Positions 1 to 11,634 of a stretch of 64,000 nucleotides of DNA are shown here, one piece after another. Source of the DNA: Hypanus sabinus (taxonomy: Eukaryota); contig NC_082730.1 in the NCBI RefSeq assembly GCF_030144855.1, positions 13,330,001 through 13,394,000 on the forward strand. The letters are read 5' to 3'. The notes under the pieces were generated by a model. The model did no database searches and was not told the origin of the DNA. It saw only the letters and a list, made by a program, of their open reading frames with translations. The stretch's first letter is position 1, and each line of letters begins with the position of its first letter. Made by a program: the position numbers and the translations under genes.

Positions 1-1271
1 TCAGCCCATTACACTACCCCAGCCCCCGGCAACTACAAACTCAACCCCAAGCACCAGCTACCAGCCGTCCCTCCACCCATATCAACATTCCCCCAGCATC
101 GGGCTCCATGCCATCTTGTCTTGCGCACAGATTTCATCAAGTCCATGGTTGCTGAAACCTCTGAGCTTGTTCAGGGACAAGGGGGGATGAAGACCAAAGT
201 GGCCACCAGCTGCTTGCTCCTGCACCAGGCCAACACAGCCCCAAAGAAAGCTGGTTGAGGGAAACAGCTGCACTAAAACAAAGAAACGTTCACCCGACTT
301 TATTTGTGATGTTTTCTAGGTTTCCTTTGGAGGTTGAATTAATCATTATTAGTGAGCAACCACTGAATACACTACAGTTTCTGAGTAATGTTGTGTTCAG
401 GCATTTCTAGGAGCATCATGTACCGGAGGATTGATGTGCGTGTTTTCCACGTAATCTCTACATTGCTTCACACTGGCATACGCCACAGGCTTTTCCTGTA
501 TGGTGAAGTGTGAAATATAGTTAGTGGTGGACTGTTGACAGGGGGGCTGAACTCAGAAAATGGCAGAGGAGAGCATTAGTGAGAAGAATTGGAGAGTACG
601 TAAACAACCCCCAGGAGCTTTTCCTAGGTCTATAAAGAGAAAATAAATCTATGTGAACATAGAAAGTGAGCCTGGGGAAATGCCACGGGGAATGAGTAAA
701 TGTCATTCAGGAATGGCCTCTTTTTACTACAGTCGGGGAGGAGATGAGGATCCTGAAGACCCACCCTCAAAAATTTGGGAACAGTTTCTTCCTCTCTGCC
801 TTCTGACTTTTAAGTGATTCATAAACCCTTGACCACTCCTTGTTACTAATACAAGAGGCTCTGCAGATGCTGGAAATCGGGAGCAACACACAGAACATGC
901 TAGAGGACGTCAGCAAGCCAGGCGGTATTGACGGACAGGAAGAAGGTGTCAACTTTACAAACTGAGACCCTTCATCAATACTGGAAACTCAGATCCATCT
1001 TCTTCAGATAACCATAAAAACAAAGAAAACCATGGAGTTTGTTCGAAACCCGTGCCATCCAACCAAAATGTTCAACTGAATTAGTCCATTTGCTTGCATT
1101 TGGCCCATATCTCTTCAGGCCTTTCTTATTCATGTATCAGTCCTAATGTTTTTTAAATGTAATCGTATCTGCCTCTACAGCTCCCTCTGGTAACTTTTTC
1201 CATATGCCTGCCACCCTCTGTAAGAAGAAGTTGTCCTTCAGTTCCCTTTTAAACTTCCCTTTCTCACACAT

Positions 1272-1437
1272 TCAACCTATTCTTTTGTTCACATGACAAT
1301 GAACTTCACTTGGAGTTACAAAACAAAGTAAAATTGTGTAAACATCAGAACCTATTGAGAAACAGGATGGCTTTGTCTGCTTTTGAACTCCTTCAGTTAG
1401 CTCCTGGTTTGCTGCTTTCACCACTTCCTTTGTACCA
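1272..1437 (-). pseudogene. Gene A: paralogue of the terminal cytoplasmic exon
   Basis: Same acceptor (tttctttgaaag|T). Translation GTKEVVKAANQELTEGVQKQTKPSCFSIGSDVYTILLCFVTPSEVHCHVNKRIG*, colinear with 47059-47197. Confidence 0.55.
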
Positions 1438-1901
1438 CTTTCAAAGAAACACTTTCTTGTTCATTCTAGGTATAACCATAACACTTGTATCATCTTACTG
1501 GAATGTCCAACCATCCGATAGAGGTATTGATTTTGTAGAGACCTGCAGCATGCAACAAACGAGCTATTGGGATCTCAATGTTGTGCCAACTTTTTAACCT
1601 ACTCCAAGACCATTCTAACCCTTCCCCTCCCACACAGGCCTCCATTTTTCTTTCATCCTAGTGTCTATCTAAGAATATCTTGAATGTTCCTGATTTATTT
1701 GTCTCTACCATCACCCCTGGCAGTGCATTCCACTCCCTGTATGAAAAACCACCTCTGATATACCCCCCATACTTCACTCCAATCACCTTAAACGTATGCC
1801 TTCTTGTGTTAGTCATTGCCATCCTGTGTAATAGGCTCTGGATGTCCACTCTATCTATTCCTCTTGTCATCTTATACATCTCAATCATGGTATTGTCTAA
1901 G

Positions 1902-1959
1902 CAGTGCTTTCCAAATGTATAAACTGGTTGCTTTGGTAAACTAGGTGAATGGTCTGAAT
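1902..1959 (-). pseudogene. Gene A: cytoplasmic exon 1 with dead donor
   Basis: SDHSPSLPKQPVYTFGKH aligns with 48173-48230. The donor reads CT instead of GT (CACTG|cttaga). Confidence 0.7.
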
Positions 1960-2048
1960 CTGTGAAAGGCGTCTCAGAGAGGAGATGAATTTTTAAGCCA
2001 TCATTTGACATTTAGTATTATCTTGCTACTTAACTGAACTGAACCTAT

Positions 2049-2164
2049 CAGTCTTGTCTTCTACCTGAGTATTATACAAATAATGATGGCAGTTAATGAG
2101 CAACAGGAAGAGAGCTGACAAGGCAACTGCAAGTACAACATGCCATTGGGATGGTCTTGGCTTC
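2049..2164 (-). pseudogene. Gene A: degenerate TM exon
   Basis: Aligns with 48309-48424. The acceptor ttctgcag|G is intact. It carries a +1 insertion (ATT A ACT), a -1 deletion near the end and a TAG in the ancestral frame, and the donor is mutated from GT to AT. Confidence 0.82.
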
Positions 2165-5100
2165 CTGCAGAATATGACAAAGACATTGACAGATCAAGTC
2201 TGATGGGCACATTCACACTTTCTCCTTCTCCAGTATTGCCCTCTGTTTTCTTGATCTGATAAGTACAAATATGATGTAGACATGAACACATGTGCCTCTC
2301 ACTCAATATCAGCAAGATCAAAGATATTATTATTGACTTCAGTAGAGGAAAACTGGAGGTCCATGAGCTCGTCCTCATCAGGGGTGTTACAAATTTCTTG
2401 TTACAATTTCAAAGGATCTGTGCCATTACAAAGTAAGTATGGCAGCACTTTTACTTTCTTAGATGTTTGTGAAGGTTTACATGTCATTTAAAACTTCACA
2501 AGGATGATTTTGGGAATGCAAGTGTTATACAAAGAACGTTTGATAGCTTTGGGTCTGTAGTAGCTGGAATTTAGAAGGGCGAGGGGGATCTGATTGAAAC
2601 CTTTTGAATGTTGAAAGGCCTAGACAGAGTAGATGTGGAAAGGATATTTTGAATAGTGGGGAAGTCTCGGAAGAGAGGGCACAGGATAGAGGGGCGTGAA
2701 TTTAAATCAAAGGTGGCATGTGACAAGTGAGACCAGTTGATCACCTTTTACCTCTTCCACCTATCCCTTCCCAGACTGTAACTTCATTCCCCCTGTCTCT
2801 CACCACATCTGATTTCTCCTTCCCATCCCCTCTACCTTCTTATTCTGTCTTCTTCCTCTTTCCTTTACAATCCTGATGATGGTTCTTGCTCAATAAAGTC
2901 AACTGTATATCCCCCCAACCCCCCAAAGATTTTCAAACACGAGGATGTCTGCAGATGCTGGCAATTCAAGCAACACACACTAAATGCTGGTGGAACGCAG
3001 CAGGCCAGGCAGCATCTATCGGAAGAAGCACTGTCGACATTTCGGGCTGAGACCCTTCATTAGGACTAACTGAAAGAAGAGATAGTAAGAGATTTGAAAG
3101 TAGGAGGGGGAGGGGAAATCCGAAATGATAGGGGAAGACAGAAGGGGGTGCGGTGAAGCTAAGAGCTGGAAAGGTGATTGGCAAAATGGATTCAGAGCTG
3201 GAGAAGGGAAAGGATTATGGGATGGGAGGCCTAGGGAGAAAGAAAGAGGGAGGGGAGCAGCAGAGGGAGATGGAGAACAGGCAAAGTGTGATGGGCAGAG
3301 AGAGAGAAAAAAAGGGGGGGAAATAAATAAATCAGGGATGGGGTAATAAGGGGAGGAGGGGCATTAACAGAAATGAGAGAAATCAATGTTGAAAGGTGAA
3401 AAGTTTAAGGAGAGATATTGTCTTTATGTTGGTTCTTTTTCTGCAGCCTCCCCAGTGGTCCACTGGGTCGATAGCTGTGAAATCACTGGTCACCTATATT
3501 ATGGAGCTATAGCTGTCCTGGGGATACTGAGACCTGTCACGCTGGTTCCACAGTAGAATTTACACAATGCTGACAAAATCCCATTCAGGTTCTAATTATC
3601 CCGTTCAATATGGGACTCTCGGCATCTCTTGAAGCACTGAAATACGTGGAAACTTCCAGTTCTGGACCCTGAATCACCCCTGACATTAACTCTTATTCCT
3701 CTGGTGGCCGTACCTCTGTGGCTCAGATCCTGATCTGTTGGAATTCCTTCTCTACAGCTCTCTGGCCCTCTCTTTCATTCTCACTCAAAAGGCTTGTTAA
3801 ATCCCACCAATTGCTGAGGTTTTGGTCACATGTACCTTCTGTCTCTACATGTGACTCAATTTCAAATGTTAGACAATGCCGCTGTGCATGGCCTTTGGCC
3901 CTATCAATCAACTTGAAGCTGCTGTGGAAATGAAATTTGTTGTTGTTTTATTACAATAGATTGCTCAATAAACTTTATAAAATCTACCTGTTTGTATTCA
4001 CTTCCAGATTATTTTAACTAACATAATTTGGAATAGTTGTGCTGGGTTTTTAAGCAGTATTTCATACATTAAAATGCACAATATTGCATAATTCTGAGAG
4101 CAATTTATGAGTTTAATCAAAACATACACAGAATGCTGGAGGAACTCAGCAGGTCAGGCAGCATCTAGGGAGAGGAATAAAGAGTTGACACGTCTGGCTG
4201 ACACTCTTTATTGGTCTCAACCTGAAATGTTGAATCTTTATTCCTCTCCGTAGATGCTGCCTGACTTGCTGAGTTCCTCCAGCATTTCTGTGTGTTACTC
4301 TGCATTTGCACCATCTAAAGAATCTCTTGTGGTCAAGTCAAAATACTACTGGATGCTTGGGTGAATTTTGGAATCTTTAGTAGGGTCTGCAACAGTTGTA
4401 CTGATTCACCCGTGAATTTGCAACAGGCAGTAGATGCTGGAAGCTGGAGCAATAAGCTGTTTACTAGAGGCACACAGTGGGTTCAGCTGCATTTGTGGTG
4501 TGGAAAGATGCCGTCGACATTTCAGGTTGAGACGTTGCACAAGGACTGATCTGTCTGTGTTGTGGGTTCTGCTTCGTAACAGCCTGTCTTGAAAAATAGA
4601 AAATCCAATGTTAGGAATTGAGTGGTAAGAGGAAGCAGCAAAGATGATGATATTTCTCTCCAGAAAACACCGGTGATAGTTTTTTATGTGGGTGCTGGAA
4701 TAGTGCAGTAGGGACTCCACAGTGGTGGGTGTTGGTGCTGTGAGTGTTAAATAGGGTTAGATCTTTCTGTATTTGTCTGGGGGAAACTGTCAATGTCCAT
4801 GACTGTAGACTAATGGTATAGTGGGTATTGACTGAGCCGGAAGTAGGGCACAGGGGTGGAGGATTGTGATTGGTTGCTTCAGTAATTGTAAGTGAGGTGC
4901 CACCAGGAATTAATTTCCTGTATTTGACACACGTACATCAAAACATTAAAAACATACAGAGAAATATGTGATTTGCAGCAATGAACAAGACAGTCCAAGG
5001 ATTGTGCTGTGGCCCCCACGAGTGTTGTCATGATTCTGGGGCCAACATAGCATTCGCGCTCCTCACTTAAACTAACATGTGGCAGGAAACAGTTATGTCT

Positions 5101-5387
5101 TGTAACTCTAGAATATAAAAATATTTGTAAGGAATCATGGAGCTGGGAATGAGTGTCTTCATTTAATTTTTGCTTTAAGGGAGGCATTCAGTCATGACCT
5201 GGTGGTGTGATGATGTAAGCCATTCATGTACTTTTATATATAACCTGTAGTGTCAATTATTTTCAACAATTATTTAAAGAAACAAGGAATGCTTAATCAA
5301 ATATATATTTACAATGTTGCTCAAATATTACTGAAATATTAAATACACAACACTCCTCCCTGTTTAGCTATAAACTCCAACTCAATA

Positions 5388-5666
5388 NNNNNNNNNNNNN
5401 NNNNNNNNNNNNNNNNNNNNNNNNNNNNNNNNNNNNNNNNNNNNNNNNNNNNNNNNNNNNNNNNNNNNNNNNNNNNNNNNNNNNNNNNNNNNNNNNNNNN
5501 NNNNNNNNNNNNNNNNNNNNNNNNNNNNNNNNNNNNNNNNNNNNNNNNNNNNNNNNNNNNNNNNNNNNNNNNNNNNNNNNNNNNNNNNNNNNNNNNNNNN
5601 NNNNNNNNNNNNNNNNNNNNNNNNNNNNNNNNNNNNNNNNNNNNNNNNNNNNNNNNNNNNNNNNNN
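5388..5666. other. Assembly gap (279 N)
   Basis: Run of N inside the Gypsy element. Confidence 0.99.
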
Positions 5667-6904
5667 ATGCTGCTGGCACTTAGGGCTCTCCGAGTCATTG
5701 AGGCGTGCAAACCTCCTAACTCTGACTATGATATAAACATCCACAGCTTGTCCCATTCAGGTCTAAGGATTTAATTGCTGCTGAGGATTTCTTACCCCTG
5801 TGGGATAACACCTTTCCTGACAAAGGAGGTCACCCTGCTTGGCAGGAGAAGCTTGCGGCTGTGAAACAATCTCAGGTTCTTGCACCACCTCCATATTGGT
5901 TGTAGGTGTTTACTCTGGGACTGCAGGAGGTGGTTCTGAACAGCTCCAAGTACCTTTCTTCTGGATTCTCTTCTGAATCCCGAACAGTGCGTGGCAAGCT
6001 GCTTGAGCTACTGATCAATTCAAAACCTCCAGGGAAAGCTTTGAGCTAACACTTTCATTTTGACCGCACGTAGATAATGGGAATGTAGCTGCTCCAACAC
6101 TTTATCTGCTAGCTTAGATGGTACAACAACTCTCAATCCCACACGACAACCCCTTTTGCATGTATTACTTTGATATATTTCAGTTTTCCAGTGGCAGCCT
6201 TGAACTCTGCTGTGGCATCAATCCAGTACCTTTTTTAAAATTTGTTTTTGGTTGATGCTATTGTAGGGGATGTGCCACACAAATGATGGATGGATCTCCA
6301 ATCAAGTTGCAGTTGTCTCAACAGGTCATGTCCCCACAGTGTTGGATCTCCTACTGTTAACCACATATAAGTTCAATATGGCTTGTTGGTTGTTGTGTTT
6401 CACAAACTAAACAATTTCTCATCACTTACTCCACCAGTGAACAGACAATGCTCAGAAAATCTCTTCAATTCAGTAACATTTGCTGAAATGGGCTCCTCTT
6501 CCTTTTGAATCCATTAATGAAACCTAAATTGTTCTGCAATCAAAAATGGTTTCAGTTCTAAACGTTCCTGGATTATTTTCATGATATTTGAAAAGCCCAT
6601 TTCGGTTGGTTTGGTTGGAGCAGTTAAACCTCTAAACAAACTGTATGCTCTTCCTCCTAAAATACTCTGCAAAACTGGGTTGCATTTCTCATTGAATATT
6701 TCAATTCGCTCAGTATACATATTGCAGTTATTTCTTCTGCAATTGAATGTGTCTATCTTTCCAACACAGCCAGTTGTTTCTGCACTTTTAAAAAGACTTA
6801 TGATTATTATCACTCAGTACTCAGTATTTCTGAACCCATGAACTTTTCTATTTTCTGTCTTATTTAACACAACCATGTCTGTCTCTTTCTGAAGAAGCAT
6901 GTGG

Positions 6905-7795
6905 TGTGCTTCTTGTGGATAGTATGGAGGGCTGTCAGAGGTTATAGTGGGACATTGATAGGTTGCAAAACTGGGCTGAGAAGTGGCAGCTGGAGTTCAA
7001 ACCAGATAAGTGTGAAGCGGTTCATTTTGGTAGGTCAAATATGATGGCAGAATATAGTACTAATGATAAGATGCTTGGCAGTGTGGAGGATCAGAGGGAT
7101 CTTGGGGTTCGAGTCCATAGGACGCTCAAAGCAGCTGTGCAGGTTGACTCTGTGGTTAAGAAGGTGTATGGTGTTTCAGCGATCATCTATCGTGGAATTG
7201 AATTTTGGAGCCGAGAGGTAATGTTGCAGCTATATAGGACCCAGGTCAGACCCCACTTGGAGTACTGTGCTCAGTTCTGGTCACCTCACTACAAGAAGGA
7301 TGTGGAAGCCATAGAAAGGGTGCAGAGGAGATTTCCAAGGATGTTGCTTGGATTGGGGAGCATGCCTTATGAGAACAGGTTGTGTGAACTTGGCCTTTTA
7401 TCCTTGGGGCAACAGAGGATGAGAGGTGACCGGATAGAGGTGTATAAGATGATGAGAGGTATTGATTGTGTGGATAGTCAGAGGCTTTTTCCCAGGGCTG
7501 AAATGGTTGCCACAAGAGGACAGAGGTTTAAGGTGCTGGGGAGTAGGTACAGAGGAGATGTCAGTGGTAAGTTTTTTACTCAGAGAGTGGTGAGTGCATG
7601 GAATGGGCTACTGGCAACTGTGGTGGAGGCGGTTATGATAGGGTCTTTTAAGAGACTTTTGTATAGATACTTGGAGCTTAGAAAAATAGAGGGCTGTGGG
7701 TAAACCTAGTAATTTCTAAGGTAGGGACATGTTCAGCATAACTTTGTGGGCCGAAGGGTCTGTATTGTGCTGCAGGTTTTCTATGTTTCTATGTT
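6905..7795 (+). mobile_element. 5'-truncated CR1 LINE nested in the Gypsy element
   Basis: ORF 6963-7703 encodes the CR1 RT C-terminus (WAEKWQLEF..KC..HFG..RDLGV..LYR..VRPHLEYCAQFWSP..IERVQRR). It ends in a (ctatgttt)n tail. Confidence 0.92.
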
Positions 7796-10422
7796 TCTTT
7801 TTAAAAAAACTCGAACATTTCATGCAGTTCTTTTTAACTTGAGCATCTTGCTGCACTTCACCAGGTAGGTTGTCATCTTGAGTTTGTATAAAACTTCCTT
7901 GTCACCTACTGTTATGATTTGTAATTCCAACACATGAAACTAATTGAAAGGAAACACACAGCTGGGAATACGTGTCTTAGTTTTTGCTCTGAATAAGGTG
8001 CACACACATGACATGGTGATGTGATGACTTACAGAATGCCATTCTTGCACTTTTACATATAACCCATAATATGAGTTATTTTAAATTATTATTCAAAGAA
8101 AGAAAGAAGGCTTAGCCAAACAATTCATTTACAATTTCACTGACATATTAAATATACAACAGAAATCAATGCAGTCACAGGGAGAATGTACAATCGCTTC
8201 ATAGACAGCAGTGGGAATCTATTGCTGATCGCTTACTAATGTAAGACGTTGCACTAACTGCTATGGAACCCTGCCAATGTACTCCATCGAGCTGAGGGAG
8301 AGTCTTGAGGGTAGGTGAAGTTATGTTGGGTATAACTGGAGATGTGTGTACTCTGCAGAGTTACTGGGGCATGTGAAGAGATTTGTACACCTTGTAGTTC
8401 CTGGTAATTACTGATGCATCAAAAAGCTAAACATACTTTCTTACTTCTCTTCTAATATTTGTATATCTGTGCACTTGTAATGCTCCTGTGACAGTGTAAT
8501 TTCCTTTTGGATCAATAAAGTATCTATAATATGTGAGGTGTCATTACATGAGAATGTTAGCTTAAATTCTGTATTATTGTTTTAATGTGTGCCCTTCAAA
8601 TGTTACTTTCAGCCATATTTTCACTACTGAACCATTAGTGTGTTTCCTCTGTTATTTTACTCTTATCACTAGTTTGCAGTTACAGACCATTATGTAACAT
8701 TTTGAATTAATTTGCCTGGACTAATCTTCAGCTTCCATCTTTAATTGTGAATCACATGACATGGAAGTGGAGAAATTGGAAACAATATACCTTTGAAAAG
8801 CTGTCGTGCAACGTATCGAAACAGTGCAAAGAAACAGAGCTCCAAACTCCAACGGGTCGGAGTCCATAAATAATGAGTTACCAACGCAGCTCCTAATGGG
8901 CCAAGAAAATATCATTAGTTACACACAATGTAATCAATAAATGACACTGAGACATACATTTTATCTGAATATGTTTTAACTAAATTCATTTTTATCTAAG
9001 TGCACATTATTAGTGACTCCAAGAAATGCATTTAATCAAATGCAATTTATCAAAATGCATTTGATCAGCAAGTGACATTGAGAAATGCATTTTATTGAAA
9101 CAGTTGAAAGAACCAGAACTCTGAAGAATATCCACTGGATCACAGTCGATATGTGGTGAATTTTCAGCTCATGGTCACTGATGGACAAAGGAAACTTAAT
9201 TAACAACGCACGGAGAATTCTGTAACAGACAGTGGAAAATGTCTTGTTCTCACATTGCACCTGAAATTATTCAATGCGATGCAATGTTGTGGAATGGAAT
9301 ATCGAGCAATCTAATGGTTGAGTGCTGATTCTCCAACTTATGCCCACACCTCGGAACTCTCGCACTGCCTGAGAAAGTGAGTGAAATTAATGTTATACGC
9401 TCCAAAGAAATCTGCAAGTTAAGTCCCTGTTATTGGATGCAGGTCGCAGATGTTCATCAGTATTTCAGTTTGCATTTTCATTATTTCATCTGCAGTTCCT
9501 ATGTAATCTAAGTGGCCTAGAGGGCATAGATGCATGACAACAGAACTACTCCTGAATCCCCTTGAAGGACACACAGTCATTATCACCAGATCAGAATGGT
9601 GGAATGCCCAAGATTTCATTATTGTGGGAGGTTGCTCGCTGGGTGAGCTGCAGCCATTGAAGTTTTCCAGGCCTGAGAGGGTGATCGCCAGCTGGAGCCA
9701 GGCAAATGTCAGCACATTCACCAGTGAGTCTCCCAAACTCCTCATTCACCTGGGAAATTAGGAGCTGTGCGCTAAATGCTGGCCTTGTCCCAGATGCTTA
9801 CATCCAATAAATAAATAATTATATAAATAAGGTAACATTTGAGACACAATGCTGATAAAATGTTTTACAGAGCAAAAAGTTTCAATGTTTGTTACAGTAT
9901 CAGATGGCCATTAACTGTGCTCGTGGCCTTGATCCTCAAAATAAAACATTAAACTTGGGAACAGCTTAGGAGGCATGATGGTCAGATCACCATTCAACAT
10001 CTGTGGCTGTTACTAAGTTAATCATTTTCAAATAGAGAAAATAGTGAAAAAAGGATCTAGTGCTTTCTCAGCATATATGACGGATAAACTCTTCCCCAGC
10101 TGATCTGATCTGTCCAATGTGGATACAGGGAACAGGCCTGGACTCCAATTTCCACTGCTGGCAAACTGGAGCATCTCAGAGGGAAGAGATCTGTGATGCA
10201 CTATTGGTTTCCAGGGTGACAGATTCAAAATTCTCCAACGGATCGCTCACTCCCTTCTGAGAGGATGGGTCTCTTGATGTGCCCTGATGGGTTGGACCTC
10301 TGCAAATGAATTCCCAGCCTTTTGATGGGGATGATGAACTGAGTCATAGTCAGGGCTGAAGGAGGGAGTTCCTAAGTTGTGATTTTCTAATATGGGAGTT
10401 TGAAGGGAAATTGTAAACACAC

Positions 10423-10746
10423 CTTCACAAACCTCCAGTGAAATGGTAAACCTTGTATTTGGTATGTATATTACCCTCTCCATTATACACTGGTACAGCC
10501 CTTCATCACGCTTCATCGGATTGTTCACCGTTACTAAAAGCATCCCTTTTGTTTTGTTATCAGTCATCGATGTTCACCCTTATTGTGGCTCCTGACTTGA
10601 AACCACAGCGGAAAAACTAATGAAAGGATCATCTCTACACTATTTCTTCACATAGTCCTTGTATTTCTGATCCTACTGACATTCCAGAGTGACTGATTCT
10701 CCCACTACTCCTCTGACCATCTCAGGTCCAGTTAGTGTACTAGAAC
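10423..10746 (-). pseudogene. Gene A: Ig V exon V3, nonsense-inactivated paralogue of the gene B V exon
   Basis: 324 nt, phase 1-1, splice sites intact. Translation SSTLTGPEMVRGVVGESVTLECQ*DQKYKDYVKK*CRDDPFISFSAVVSSQEPQ*G*TSMTDNKTKGMLLVTVNNPMKRDEGLYQCIMERVIYIPNTRFTISLEVCE. It has 4 in-frame stops, and Phe (TTT) where the C' Cys is expected. Confidence 0.92.
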
Positions 10747-11199
10747 CTGTTAGCACATGAATAATGAAAGGTTACCCACATGTCACCAGCTCAAGGTGCA
10801 TTTAGCAGCATGAACTCAACTTGTCTACTGTTCAGAGAATTTAATGATTTTGCGGAGATCATGACCTACGTTACTAATTAATCCCTGGTGTTAATCGTCA
10901 TTTCACCGAGATTGTTCCTCAAGTGACGGTGAAAACAGAATCGCTCGGCCTAATGTCTCCAACCTGCCCGTCTATTGTTCTTGTTGTGAACGGTTTGTGA
11001 ATTCTGGAGAAATGATCCCTGCTGTGGTTCAGGAGCCACCATGTCCTCAGTGGCAACAAGAGATGGTCGATAGTTTCTGGCCTGGCCACTGTTGCTCAGA
11101 CTGTAATGAGTTTATGGAGGGATTATCCAGTGTGGATTTCTGGGTGAACCTGAGAAATATGGTGGTGTGCATCATTCTCCTCTTATGATATTTCAGGCT

Positions 11200-11560
11200 G
11201 ACTAATGATCGATGGTATAAGAGGCATCTTCAAAGTGTTGCAGGAAGTTGAAAAAAATATTAGGTTGTTCATAGTAGGGGATTTTAAGTTTCCTTGTAAA
11301 GAGTGGGACTGCCTTTGTGGTAAGGGCTTGGATGGGATAGAATTTAAGTGCTTGCTGGAAAATTCTCTCAAGCAATGTGTAGAATGCTCCACAATGGCAG
11401 AGGCAATGTTGGATCTACTCTTTGGATCAGGATCATTTGGGGTATGGCATATTCTGGTGGTACTAGATAGGAACTTGGCAAAGTTGACAATGACACAGAA
11501 ATGGCTTGTAGGTGGGAAGGAAAGCGTGAGGATGGATGGCTGTTTATTGGGCTGCAACTA
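11200..11560 (+). mobile_element. Old CR1 apurinic-endonuclease fragment
   Basis: IVGDFKFP..W....GKGLDGIEF.CL.E..L.Q.V..T..EA.LDLL motif. A related fragment lies at about 61050-61400. Confidence 0.7.
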
Positions 11561-11634
11561 GCAGTGTGTCTCAAGTGCTGGAACGAAGTGCATTGTTATT
11601 TGTCACTATATCAGGAAAAGCGCATCTGAAGATG

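Larger units (their letters stand above)
5091..8161 (-). mobile_element. Internally deleted Ty3/Gypsy LTR retrotransposon with both LTRs
   Basis: Two related LTRs of about 255 bp at 5091-5352 and 7910-8161 (minus strand starts TGTTG..ATTTAATAT). The PPT AGGGAGGAG abuts the 3' LTR, and a PBS-like AGGTGACAAGGA follows the 5' LTR. Flanks GAAAC/GAAAT suggest a 5-bp TSD. There is a gag-like ORF at 6514-6813 (..LTAPTKP..KPFLIAEQFRFH). Confidence 0.78.

Noticed and set aside
4120-4300. About 58-bp inverted repeat hairpin (similar one at about 27000-27220)
   Set aside because: Head-to-head arrangement of the abundant Penelope-like terminal motif; common, and not evidence of a miRNA.
6963-7703. Longest ORF in the window (246 aa)
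   Set aside because: It is the CR1 RT C-terminus of a truncated LINE, not a host gene.
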